A DNA stretch of 64,000 nucleotides from an uncultured Rhodovulum sp. (lineage in GTDB: Bacteria; Pseudomonadota; Alphaproteobacteria; Rhodobacterales; Rhodobacteraceae): assembly GCA_964514775.1 (NCBI GenBank), contig CAZESN010000001.1:5224-69223 (forward strand), read 5' to 3'. Made by a program: the position numbers and the translations under genes. The notes under the pieces were generated by a model that was not told the DNA's origin, ran no database searches, and saw only the letters and a list, made by a program, of their open reading frames with translations. Below, piece after piece: positions 48,281-57,520 of the stretch; the first letter of the stretch is position 1; every line of letters begins with the position of its first letter.

Positions 48281-49291
48281 ATGAAGACCGATCGACGCAG
48301 TTTCCTCATGGCCGGCACCGCGGCCGTGGCTGCCGGCGCCGCGACATGGCCGGTTTCGTCACGTGCAGCGACGACGCTGGACCTGTCCCAGCCGCTTCCG
48401 GAGGACAACTGGCAGACCGTCGAGGCGCGTAAGTTCGCGGCTGCGATCCAGGAGGCGACCGATGGCGATGTCGTCATCCGCATCCATTCCGGCGGCTCGC
48501 TCGGCTTCAAGGGGCCGGAGCACCTGCGCGCGGTCGCTGACGGTCTGGTGCCGATGGCGGACCTTCTCGGGATCCAGCAGGCGGGCGAGCTGCCGCTGTT
48601 CAAGCTCGAGGGCATGCCGTTCCTCGTCGAGAACCCAGATGAGCTGAGGATCCTGCACAAGTACTGGCGCCCGGAGCTGGACCGTGTCGTCGCGGAACGC
48701 TTCAACCAGAAGTTCCTGACCTCGGCGCCCTCGCCCACGAATTCGATCTTCCTCAACTCGAAGGCCGAGGACATCGAGGGGCTGCGCAATCTGCGCGTGC
48801 GGGCCGCCGACATGGTCGGCGTCGAGACCTTCAACATGATCGGGCTTGCCGGCATCCAGATCCCGTGGGGCGAGCTGATCCCGGCGCTGGCGACCGGCCG
48901 CGTCGAAGGCGTCGGAACCTCGGCCACCTCGGCCGTGGACGGCAAGTTCTGGGAGTTCATGAAGTACATCTACCCCACGAACCACATCTGGGCGACGAAC
49001 TTCCTGACCATCAACCTCGATGCCTGGAACAGGATCTCCCCGAGCAGCCAGGAGACGATCCTCGAGCTCGCGGAGGAGTTCACGCCGCAGTTCTGGGATG
49101 CCTCCCAGAAGCTCGGCGAGGCCGCGCTCCAGACGCTGGTCGACAACGGCATGGAGATCGTGGACATCCCGCCCGAGATGCTGGAGGAGATGCGCGCGCG
49201 CACCCGTCCCGCCATCGACCGCTTCGTCGAAGAGGTTCCCGAGGCCGGCCCGATGATCGCATCGTTCCTCGCCGAAGTCGGACGGGCCTGA
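48281..49291 (+). CDS. TRAP substrate-binding protein (DctP) with twin-arginine signal
   Basis: MKTDRRSFLMAG Tat motif; GGSLGFKGP and PWGELIPALATG motifs; paralog of 22989..23984. Confidence 0.9.
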   Translation: MKTDRRSFLMAGTAAVAAGAATWPVSSRAATTLDLSQPLPEDNWQTVEARKFAAAIQEATDGDVVIRIHSGGSLGFKGPEHLRAVADGLVPMADLLGIQQAGELPLFKLEGMPFLVENPDELRILHKYWRPELDRVVAERFNQKFLTSAPSPTNSIFLNSKAEDIEGLRNLRVRAADMVGVETFNMIGLAGIQIPWGELIPALATGRVEGVGTSATSAVDGKFWEFMKYIYPTNHIWATNFLTINLDAWNRISPSSQETILELAEEFTPQFWDASQKLGEAALQTLVDNGMEIVDIPPEMLEEMRARTRPAIDRFVEEVPEAGPMIASFLAEVGRA

Positions 49292-49301
49292 CGCCCAGGG
49301 A

Positions 49302-49327
49302 TCGGGCCATGCCCCTGCGTGGCCCGA
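49302..49327 (+). terminator. stem-loop after the TRAP SBP
   Basis: TCGGGCCATGC-CCCT-GCGTGGCCCGA. Confidence 0.5.
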
Positions 49328-49377
49328 CCACCCAAGCCGCAATCGTAATAGCGGCCAGTTCCAACGGAGACCAACAG

Positions 49378-49956
49378 GTGAACGCAAGCAGGGCCCCCAG
49401 GCCAAATGCCGCCATTGACGGCTTCATCCGGATCGTGGATGCGCTCAGCATCGCCGCGACCTATGTCGCAGCCGGCTGCCTCATCCTTCTCACCCTGCTT
49501 ATGCTGGCCCAGATCGGGGTGGCAGCCCTCTCCAAGGTGGTGGTCTCGGTGCGCGGGGACATTCCCGTTGCCTGGGAATACGGCTCCTACCTGATGGGGG
49601 CGACCTTCATGCTCGGCACCTCCATGACACTGCGCTCGGGGCGTCACATCCGCCTGGGGATGTTCACGGACGGGGCCGCGCCCGCGGTCCGCAAGTACAT
49701 GGATATTCTCGTCAGCCTGATCGGCCTGGCTCTGGTCGGTTTCCTGACCTTCAGCCTTGGCCGCGCGACGGTGATGGCCATCATCTCGGGAAGCAGTTCG
49801 ATCGCGAGCCGCACGCCGCTCTGGATCCCCTATTCGGTTTTCGCCGTCGGCTGTCTCTTGCTGTCGCTGCAGCTCGTGGCGCGGGTCCTTGCGGGACTGA
49901 CCAACCGGCCGCTCGAAAGCGCCGCAATGCGCGTGGTCTCGAACGACCTCGAATGA
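49378..49956 (+). CDS. TRAP small permease (DctQ)
   Basis: WEYGSYLMG, SGRHIRL and TPLWIP motifs; GGAGA before GTG 49378. Confidence 0.86.
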   Translation: MNASRAPRPNAAIDGFIRIVDALSIAATYVAAGCLILLTLLMLAQIGVAALSKVVVSVRGDIPVAWEYGSYLMGATFMLGTSMTLRSGRHIRLGMFTDGAAPAVRKYMDILVSLIGLALVGFLTFSLGRATVMAIISGSSSIASRTPLWIPYSVFAVGCLLLSLQLVARVLAGLTNRPLESAAMRVVSNDLE

Positions 49957-49986
49957 CCCCGGCTCATCGCTCAGGAAATTATTGAT

Positions 49987-51297
49987 ATGTCTATGGAAAT
50001 TGTCAGCCTGACGATGGTGTTCCTGATCTTCGGGCTCCTCGCCTCGGGGCTCTGGATCGGGCTTGCGCTGATCATCGTGGGCGTTCTCATGGCCTGGATG
50101 TTCAGCGGCATTCCCGTTGCCCGGCTCATCCCGCAGTACACCTACAACATCTTCACCACGGCGGAGCTGATCGCCCTGCCGCTCTATATCCTGATGGGCG
50201 AGATCCTGTTTCGCACGCGGCTCTCATCCGCGCTGTTCTCGGGCCTCGCCCCCTGGACCGGCATGCTGCCGGGGCGGCTCCTGCATGTGAACGTGCTGGC
50301 CTCGACCCTCTTCGCCAGCATCTCGGGCTCATCCGCCGCCACGACCCAGGTCGTGGGCCGCATGTCGCTGATGGAGCTCCTGAACCGCGGCTACGGGTCG
50401 CGGATCGCGATGGGCAGCCTCGCCGGCGCAGGCACGCTCGGCTTCCTGATCCCGCCGAGCACTGTGATGATCCTTTACGGCGTCCTCGCCAATGAATCGA
50501 TCCTGCGCCTGTTCGCAGCCGGCCTGATCCCGGGACTGCTGCTGGCGGCCTGTTTCATGGCCTGGATCATGATCCATACGACGATCCGCCCGGAGCTGGT
50601 GCCTGAGTCCGAGCGCGCGCTGAGCCAGGCGCCCCTGCGCGAGCGGATCGCGGCGCTCAAGGACCTCCTGCCGATCGTGTTCCTCGTGATCTGCGTCCTG
50701 GGATCGATGTACGGTGGCCTCGCCACCCCGTCGGAGGCCGCGGCACTGGGCGTTCTTGGCGCGCTCATCATCTCCGCGGTCCAGGGGATGCTGAACATGC
50801 AGGTGATCCGCGAGATCGTCCTCGGATCGGTGCAGACCTCCTGCGTGCTCGGCCTCATCATCCTCGGGGCGACGGTGCTGGGCAACATCAACTCGTTCCT
50901 CGGCATCCCGGACTATCTGACCCGGGTCGTGGACGGGATGAACCTCTCGCCCTTCGGGCTGATCGTCGTCCTGCTCATCATGTACATCCTGCTCGGCATG
51001 GTGCTCGAGGGCTTCTCGATCATCGTCACGACGCTGCCGGTGGTGCTTCCGCTGGTGGTGGCGGCCGGCTTCGATCCGATCTGGTTCGGTGTGTTCCTGG
51101 TGGTGGTCGTGGAGATGGCGCAGATCACGCCACCCGTCGCGTTCAACTTCCTCGTCATCCAGTCGATGACCGGGGCGTCGAGCACCGAGCTGACGGTGGC
51201 CACCATTCCCTACTTCCTGATCATGGTGGCCTTCGTCTTCCTGCTCGCACTCTTCCCCGCGATCGCCCTGTGGCTTCCGGCGGTGCTCTACGGATAG
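49987..51297 (+). CDS. TRAP large permease (DctM)
   Basis: ISGSSAATT, GTLGFLIPPS, TPSEAAALG and QITPPV motifs. Confidence 0.93.
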   Translation: MSMEIVSLTMVFLIFGLLASGLWIGLALIIVGVLMAWMFSGIPVARLIPQYTYNIFTTAELIALPLYILMGEILFRTRLSSALFSGLAPWTGMLPGRLLHVNVLASTLFASISGSSAATTQVVGRMSLMELLNRGYGSRIAMGSLAGAGTLGFLIPPSTVMILYGVLANESILRLFAAGLIPGLLLAACFMAWIMIHTTIRPELVPESERALSQAPLRERIAALKDLLPIVFLVICVLGSMYGGLATPSEAAALGVLGALIISAVQGMLNMQVIREIVLGSVQTSCVLGLIILGATVLGNINSFLGIPDYLTRVVDGMNLSPFGLIVVLLIMYILLGMVLEGFSIIVTTLPVVLPLVVAAGFDPIWFGVFLVVVVEMAQITPPVAFNFLVIQSMTGASSTELTVATIPYFLIMVAFVFLLALFPAIALWLPAVLYG

Positions 51298-51327
51298 GGC
51301 GTTCTCCCCTCCTTATGGCCCCAGAAG

Positions 51328-51371
51328 AAAAGGCTGCCTGCTCGCCCGAGGGGAAAGCAGGTAGCCTTTTT
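51328..51371 (+). terminator. intrinsic terminator
   Basis: AAAAGGCTGCCTGCT...AGCAGGTAGCCTTTTT after dctM. Confidence 0.75.
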
Positions 51372-51402
51372 ACTTCAGTTCAACCGATCGGGAGGAAAAG
51401 GC

Positions 51403-52095
51403 ATGCTGGCGGCTGACGGACGGGTTGTAATGGTTTCCGGGGCATCGCGCGGCATCGGCCGGGCGGTGGTCGAGCGGCTGGTGGAGTCCGGCTTTCGCGT
51501 CTCCGGCGGCATGCGAGACCCCTCGCACCTTCCCCAGACCGACGATGTCCTCTCCTGCGCCTACGAGGCAGAGGACGCGGGGTCGGCGGAGGCCTGGGTC
51601 GAGGCCACGGTGCGCCGCTTCGGCCGGATCGACGCCCTCGTCAGCGCGGCCGGGATCAATCCCAGGGTGCGGGTATTCGAGGACGAGGAGGACGCGCTCG
51701 ACCGGATGTGGCGCGTGAACGTCAAGGGGCCGCTGCGCGTCGTTCGCGCCGCCTATCCGCATCTCGCGGCCTCAGGGCAGGGTCGGGTGGTCAACATCGG
51801 CTCGCTTTCGGCCAAGCGTGTCGCGTCCAACGTGGGCTATGCGATGAGCAAGTTCGCGGTCGCGGCCCTCACCCACGGCATCCGCCGCGAAGGCCGCGAC
51901 GCCGGCATCCGCGCGACCGTGGTCTGCCCGGGCTACGTCGCCACCGACATGACCGTGGGCGAGACCGAGATCGAGCGCCACGAAATGACCCAGCCCGAGG
52001 ATCTCGCGGTGCTGATCCAGACGCTCCTGTGCCTACCCAACAACGCGGGCGTGTCCGAGCTTCTGGTCCACTGCCAGTATGAGCCGATGCTCTAG
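51403..52095 (+). CDS. SDR oxidoreductase resembling the agropine-synthesis-reductase (Mas1')/MocC type
   Basis: SGASRGIG, YAMSK, CPGYVATDM and M.QPED motifs. The subfamily call is from recall and needs a search. Confidence 0.8.
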   Translation: MLAADGRVVMVSGASRGIGRAVVERLVESGFRVSGGMRDPSHLPQTDDVLSCAYEAEDAGSAEAWVEATVRRFGRIDALVSAAGINPRVRVFEDEEDALDRMWRVNVKGPLRVVRAAYPHLAASGQGRVVNIGSLSAKRVASNVGYAMSKFAVAALTHGIRREGRDAGIRATVVCPGYVATDMTVGETEIERHEMTQPEDLAVLIQTLLCLPNNAGVSELLVHCQYEPML

Positions 52096-52168
52096 CGGAA
52101 CCGGCACCACGGCTTCATCCCGGGCCTGCCCTATCGGCTACGCCGCGGGGCGCGGACGGGTGGCTGGA

Positions 52169-52194
52169 TTGCCGGGATCCTTGCATCCCGGCAA
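52169..52194. terminator. hairpin between convergent genes
   Basis: TTGCCGGGAT-CCTTGC-ATCCCGGCAA; no U-tract after the stem on either strand. Confidence 0.45.
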
Positions 52195-52235
52195 AAACCT
52201 ACGGGACTTGAGCACCTGGCTGGGGTCTGCCCTGG

Positions 52236-53165
52236 TCAGGGCAGGGCCGAGCGCCCGAACACCATCTCGAACCTGCGCTCGATGTCCGCCCCTTCCGCGC
52301 ATTCCTGCAGGGCGAGCGCCATCGGGGACTGCGGTGAGCGATCCGCCAGAACCAGCCCTATCAGCTGGTGATGCACGGGCTTCACCATATCCTTCATCAC
52401 GAGATCCTCGGTCCCGCCGAATACGAAGCCGAACGTGTGCGGGACGATGGCGCACCAGAGTCCGCTGCGCAGATGCGAGGCGACGCCCAGGAACGAGTTG
52501 CTGACCACCTTGGGGCGCAGCTCCACGCCGGCGCTTGCCGCAATACCGTTCAGGATCCGGCGGTTCTGCATGTCGTCGGACAAAAGGCACAGAGGCTGGG
52601 TCACCGCGGCCGCCCAGCTCACGACCTCGTCGGAGGCGAAGATATGGTCGCTGCGGCAGGCAAAGACATAGCGTTCCTGGTAGAGCGGAAAGCGCCGCAC
52701 ATTCTCCAGGGGTTCGTTGTCGAGATAGGTCAGGCCTCCGTCGATCTCGAAGTTTTCCAGACCGCGCTGGATCACCCGCGACGACATCGACCGGACCTCG
52801 ACCTCTGCCAGCGGATTGCGGGCCTGGAACTGCTCGGACAGGAACGACACCGACGGCATCGCAGCCGGAATGACCCCGAGCCGCAGGGCGCCGGTCAGCC
52901 CGCCCCGCTTCTTTCCGGTGAGATCATCGTGAAGGCTGTCGTAATCGGCAAGGATCTGGCGCCCCCAACGAAGGACTTTCTCACCCTCCTGGGTCAGGGA
53001 CATGAAGCGGTGCCCCCGGATGATCAATGCCAGGTTGAGGTCGTCCTCCAGCTTGCGGATCGCCTGGGAGAGCGTCGGCTGCGTGACGTTGCAGAGTTCC
53101 GCCGCGCGTCCGAAATGCTGCTCTTCGGCGAGTGACACGAAGAACCTCAGGTGTCTGATCAGCAT
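52236..53165 (-). CDS. LysR-family regulator (not Nac-like)
   Basis: LRFFVSLAEEQHFGRAAELCNVTQPTLSQAIRKLE; GGAGG before ATG 53165. Confidence 0.92.
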   Translation of the reverse strand: MLIRHLRFFVSLAEEQHFGRAAELCNVTQPTLSQAIRKLEDDLNLALIIRGHRFMSLTQEGEKVLRWGRQILADYDSLHDDLTGKKRGGLTGALRLGVIPAAMPSVSFLSEQFQARNPLAEVEVRSMSSRVIQRGLENFEIDGGLTYLDNEPLENVRRFPLYQERYVFACRSDHIFASDEVVSWAAAVTQPLCLLSDDMQNRRILNGIAASAGVELRPKVVSNSFLGVASHLRSGLWCAIVPHTFGFVFGGTEDLVMKDMVKPVHHQLIGLVLADRSPQSPMALALQECAEGADIERRFEMVFGRSALP

Positions 53166-53474
53166 TCCCCCCTCCTCCGGCAGCGAACGACCGCCGATAT
53201 GCCTGACGGGACATGTTGGGAACTGCAACCCTCGCCGGACGGGACATGGCGGGCGGCACTGTGCTCTGGCACGCCGGAGGACCGCTTTCGATCGACTGGC
53301 AGAGCCTGCGGTACAGGTGCAAGTGGTGGCCCGAGGGCGTAGCCTGCCGCTTATGCCCTGCCCGACGGCACGTCAGGCCCTACGCCGGGGCAGGACCTGA
53401 CAAGAGGATGTTGGAGCCAGGACCGAGCGCCGATCGACCTGGCTCTCCATGGAGATGCTTGCCCGCCGGCGTCG

Positions 53475-54782
53475 CTACTCCGCCACCCTGCTGAGGCCCA
53501 GGCTCTCCCTGAAAGTGGAGCCCGTATAATCGGCATGGAACATGCCCCGGCGCTGAAGTTCCGGGACCAGCAGGTCGCGGACGGCCTCGAGCCCGGACGG
53601 CAGGACGTCGATCATCAGATTGAAGCCGTCCGCCGCGCCCGCCGCCTGCCATTCCTGCATGATATCGGCGACTTCGGAGGCGGTGCCGACAATGCGGTGG
53701 TGGCCGCCGCCGTAGTGCAGAAGCAACTCGCGGACGGTGTAGTCCTCCTTGACGGCAAGGTTCACGAGGGTCCGTCGGAAGCCGAGCGATCCCTTGAAGT
53801 CCTCTTCCGGGACCAGCGCGTGCACCGGAAACTTCTCGTCGAGGACCAGTGCTTCGAGGGGGACGCCGCTTCGCTGGGCCAGGCGGACAAGCTCGGGGCC
53901 GGCGCCGACCTCCTTGTCCAGGGCGTTGCGGCGCTCCTCGGCCTCGACACGGGTGGCACCCAGGTGGCAGAGCATCCCGGGCAGGACTTTCACGCTGCGG
54001 CCGTAGCTCGCGGCACGGCGCTGCATGTCGGCCCGGAACTCCGCGGCCTCGGACATGATGTGCTGGGCGGTGAACACCACATCCGCAAACTGGGCGGCCT
54101 GGTCACGGCCCTGCTCCGACGAGCCCGCCTGAAAGATGACGGGACGGCCCTGCGGCGGACGCGGAAAGGGCGAAGGCCCCTGAACCTTGAAATACTTGCC
54201 GGCGTGGTCGATCCGGTGCACCCCCTCGGGGCGCGCGAAGATCTTGTTTGCCTTGTCCCCGGCGAGCGCATCGGGATCCCAGCTTGCCCAGAGCTTGAAG
54301 ACCAGGTCGAGGAACTCGTCCGCCCGGGCGTATCGGTCCTCGTGGCTCGGCAGATCCTCGGCCCCGAACTGGCGGGCGGCCGCGGAGTTGAAGGTCGCGA
54401 CCGAATTCCAGCCCGCACGCCCGCGGCTGAAGTGATCGAGAGAGCCGAAGACCCGGGCCAGAAGATAGGGGTCGCTGTAGGTCGTCGAGGCGGTGGCGAC
54501 GAGCCCGATCCGTTCCGTCACGCCCGAGACAAGGGCAAGCAGCATGGCCGGATCAAGGGCGCTGACCGGCCGGTCCGTTCCGCTTTCGGCAATCCCGAGC
54601 GCATCGGCATAGAAGATCCCGTGCAGCTTTGCCTCTTCGGCGATACGGGCGACCTTCATGGCAAGGTCGGGCGACACGTAGTCCGACGCCGGCCCGTCGC
54701 GGTAGCTCCAGGCGCCCATATGCATCCCGACCCCGTGCATGAGAGCGGCGCAAAGAATGAGTTCAGAGGTGTTCGATGTCAT
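53475..54782 (-). CDS. NtaA/DszA/SnaA-family FMNH2-dependent monooxygenase
   Basis: H.GAW, ASTTY..PY.LAR.F.SLDH.S.GRAGWN, PQGRPVIFQAGSSEQGR, ADGFN and VPELQRRG motifs. Confidence 0.93.
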   Translation of the reverse strand: MTSNTSELILCAALMHGVGMHMGAWSYRDGPASDYVSPDLAMKVARIAEEAKLHGIFYADALGIAESGTDRPVSALDPAMLLALVSGVTERIGLVATASTTYSDPYLLARVFGSLDHFSRGRAGWNSVATFNSAAARQFGAEDLPSHEDRYARADEFLDLVFKLWASWDPDALAGDKANKIFARPEGVHRIDHAGKYFKVQGPSPFPRPPQGRPVIFQAGSSEQGRDQAAQFADVVFTAQHIMSEAAEFRADMQRRAASYGRSVKVLPGMLCHLGATRVEAEERRNALDKEVGAGPELVRLAQRSGVPLEALVLDEKFPVHALVPEEDFKGSLGFRRTLVNLAVKEDYTVRELLLHYGGGHHRIVGTASEVADIMQEWQAAGAADGFNLMIDVLPSGLEAVRDLLVPELQRRGMFHADYTGSTFRESLGLSRVAE

Positions 54783-54789
54783 GGAGAAG

Positions 54790-56165
54790 TCACCTTAGAA
54801 GAAAGAGGTCGTGCGGCCGCCGGGGCGGCGGAAATTCCGAGCCCGAGGGTCGGGCATACTTGGTGACACCCAGGTGGTCGCGCAGGTGCGGACCGGTGTA
54901 CTCGGTGCGGAAGACGCCACGCCGCTGCAGCTCGGGAATGACCTGATGCACGAAGTCTTCGACACCGCCCGGGAAATACGGAGGCACCACGAGGAAGCCG
55001 TCACACGCGCCGCCTTCCTTCCACTCCTGCAGCGTGTCCGCGACCGTCGTGGCGGAGCCGACGACCGGCATGTGATTTCCCTGACCGAAATGGCGCGCGG
55101 TCTGGATGATCGAGAGATTTTCGCGGCGCGCGTAGTTCTGGATCGTCTCGCGATGCGACTTTCCGGCATTGGTCTCCGGCAGGTCGGGCAGGGGGCCGTT
55201 GAGGTCATACTTGCGCAGGTCGAGACCGCCGGTGTGCTGCATCAGATAGCCGAGGGCGAGGTCCTCGGGGATCAGGTCGCGCATCCTCTCACGCGCCTCC
55301 TGCGCCTCCGCGTCCGTGCGGCCGATGAACGGCGTGATGCCGGGCAGGATCTTGATCGAATCCGGATCGCGCCCATAGCGCACGGCCCGCTCGCGGATGT
55401 CGTCGTGGAACGCCTGGCTGCCGGACGCGCGGGTCTGCAGGGTGAAGATGACGTCCGCCGTGCAGGCCGCCAGGTCTCTGCCGGGCTCGGAGGCTCCGGC
55501 CTAAAGGATCACCAGCCGGACCTGCGGGCTGCGGTCCATGGTATGCGGCCAGCGAACCTTGAAATGCTCCCCTTCGTGCCGAAGGAAATGCATTTTCGAG
55601 ACGTCGAAATAGACGCCGCTCTCCTTGTCGCGGGTGATCGCCCCCGGGCCCCCGCTCACCCAGAGCCCCGTGACGACATCGACAAACTCGCTGACGCGCT
55701 CGTAGCGCGTCGCATGGTCGGCAAGGGTGTCGAGCCCGAAGTTCTGCACCTCGTTCTCGTTGAACGAGGTGACCATGTTCCACTCGGCGCGCCCCTTGCT
55801 GATAAAGTCGATGGAGGCAAAGCGCCGGGCCACGCCGCAGGGGGCGTTGAAGCTGGTCGTGGCCGTGCCGCCGAGCCCCAGATGCTTGGTCGCCATGGCA
55901 AGCGCCGGCAACAGGACCATCGGGTCGAAGTGAATGCCACGGGGCGACGCGGCGGCTAACATGTCGCCGGCGGCGATACTGTTGCTGCGCGGGACGGCAG
56001 CTTGGTCCTCGAAGAATATGGCGTCCTTCTTGCCTTCTACCCTGAGACGGGCCGCACCTGATTAGTGGTCGATACCCAGATCGAGCTCGGGGATCGCTTC
56101 GGGCAGGCGCCAGGCCCCGAAGTATAGCCGGGGAACAGAAGGAGGCTCATCATCTTGTCTGTCAT
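54790..56165 (-). pseudogene. decayed NtaA-family monooxygenase
   Basis: One frame reads FGAWRLP...DH*...DAIFFED...ARRFASIDFISKGRAEWN...PQVRLVIL*AGASEPGR...IPELQRRG. In-frame stops at 56062-56064 and 55501-55503; ATG 56165 is out of frame. Confidence 0.88.
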
Positions 56166-56260
56166 GGGAATATTATGTGGCATGATTATGGATGGCCTCC
56201 GGCGCAGGCGAGTTGCCTAGCCCGGCGTGGATGTGGTGCGCGTGCGGGGCCCCGGCGGTT

Positions 56261-56854
56261 TCAGGAAGCCACGGCGGCGCTACGGTCCGGCCTCGGATGA
56301 CCCAGCAGGGGATCATTCGTCGACGAGGATATCGACGTCTTGAAGTGGTGGATGGCTTCGGACACGCAACGCTGAGCCTCTGGGCTCAGCGTCACCTGAT
56401 CGTGCTCGACCTGCATTTCCCGCTCGGGAAGGAAGTAGCTCTGCACGATGTGTCGCGCGCCCATCGACTGGATCACCGGGCGCAGGCTGTAGTCGAGCGC
56501 CAGAACATGCGCGAGGCTCCCCCCCGTCGCGAGCGGCAGGACAACCTTTCCGGAAAATGCGAACTGCGGGAGCAGGTCTAGAAACGACTTCAGCAGCCCG
56601 GAGAACGACGCCTTGTAGATTGGCGTTGCAAATATCAGCCCATCCGCCTCGCTGACATCGGCAAACGCCTTCGTCATGACCGGATCTTCTGTCGGATACT
56701 TGAAGAACATGTCTGCGGGGATATCTCGCAGATTGATCACGGTCGTGTCGTACGTATCCCCGTCAAAGCTGGATACGACATTGCTCAGCAGCATCGCCGT
56801 CTTTGATTTCTCGGATATGCTCGACGATATCGCGACGATCTTGGATTTGCGCAT
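56261..56854 (-). CDS. ssuE: NADPH-dependent FMN reductase
   Basis: ATPIYKASFSGLLKSFLDLL and LATGGSLAHVLALDYSLRPV motifs. Confidence 0.87.
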   Translation of the reverse strand: MRKSKIVAISSSISEKSKTAMLLSNVVSSFDGDTYDTTVINLRDIPADMFFKYPTEDPVMTKAFADVSEADGLIFATPIYKASFSGLLKSFLDLLPQFAFSGKVVLPLATGGSLAHVLALDYSLRPVIQSMGARHIVQSYFLPEREMQVEHDQVTLSPEAQRCVSEAIHHFKTSISSSTNDPLLGHPRPDRSAAVAS

Positions 56855-56945
56855 GGGACTCTTCTTTCAGTCGGCATGGATGACGGAAGGCCGTCACGCC
56901 TGCGCATCGATGGCTCCGCCGCCTCAGGAGCGGGCGGGGTGAACG

Positions 56946-57434
56946 TCAGGCGGCTTTTGCCCCGGCCTCCGGGAGCCTGGAGATGCGCATCGACAGCTTC
57001 TGGATCTGATGCACGCCTTCGGCGGCCTCCACGCCCTTCTTCACGAAGTGATCCGTGAAGAACGCGGTGAGCTCGGCACTGGGCTGGAAGTTGTGCGGGG
57101 TCAGGGACACCGAGAAACACGGGACGCCCGTCTCCAGGCCGACCTGCATGAGGCCCGACACCACGGCCTCCGAAACGAACTCGTGCCGGTAGATCCCGCC
57201 GTCCACCACGAAGGCGGCGGCCACGACCGCATCGTAGCGTCCCGTATGGGCAAGCTTCTTGGCGACCAGGGGCATTTCGAAGGCTCCGGGCACGTCGAAT
57301 GCCTCGACTTCGAAATCCGGCATGAGAGCGCGCGCCCGGGCGACGAAACCCCCATACGCCTTGTCGACGATTTCCTTGTGCCATCTTGCCTTCACAAAGG
57401 CGATGCGCGGGGTGGGATCAACCTTTGGTGTCAT
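56946..57434 (-). CDS. ribH: 6,7-dimethyl-8-ribityllumazine synthase, type II (RibH2)
   Basis: IAFVKARWH.EIV, DVPGAFE.PL, VVDGGIYRHEFV, LTPH and KGVEAA motifs. Confidence 0.9.
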   Translation of the reverse strand: MTPKVDPTPRIAFVKARWHKEIVDKAYGGFVARARALMPDFEVEAFDVPGAFEMPLVAKKLAHTGRYDAVVAAAFVVDGGIYRHEFVSEAVVSGLMQVGLETGVPCFSVSLTPHNFQPSAELTAFFTDHFVKKGVEAAEGVHQIQKLSMRISRLPEAGAKAA

Positions 57435-57520
57435 TCCCTGTCTCGATTTCCATTGTTGGCATGGCTTGCAGGCTGACCTTATAGTCAGGCTCCCGTTCGA
57501 TCTTTTCTCCGGCTTGGCGA

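Noticed and set aside
55501-55503. In-frame TAG as programmed readthrough or pyrrolysine
   Set aside because: It replaces a conserved Gln (CAG to TAG) and comes with a TAA, a frameshift and motif damage; no pyl genes are seen.
57435-57520. FMN riboswitch ahead of ribH2, and a sigma54-like TGGCATGGCTTGCA
   Set aside because: The gap is 86 nt with no RFN consensus; the GG-GC spacing is 8 rather than the required 10.
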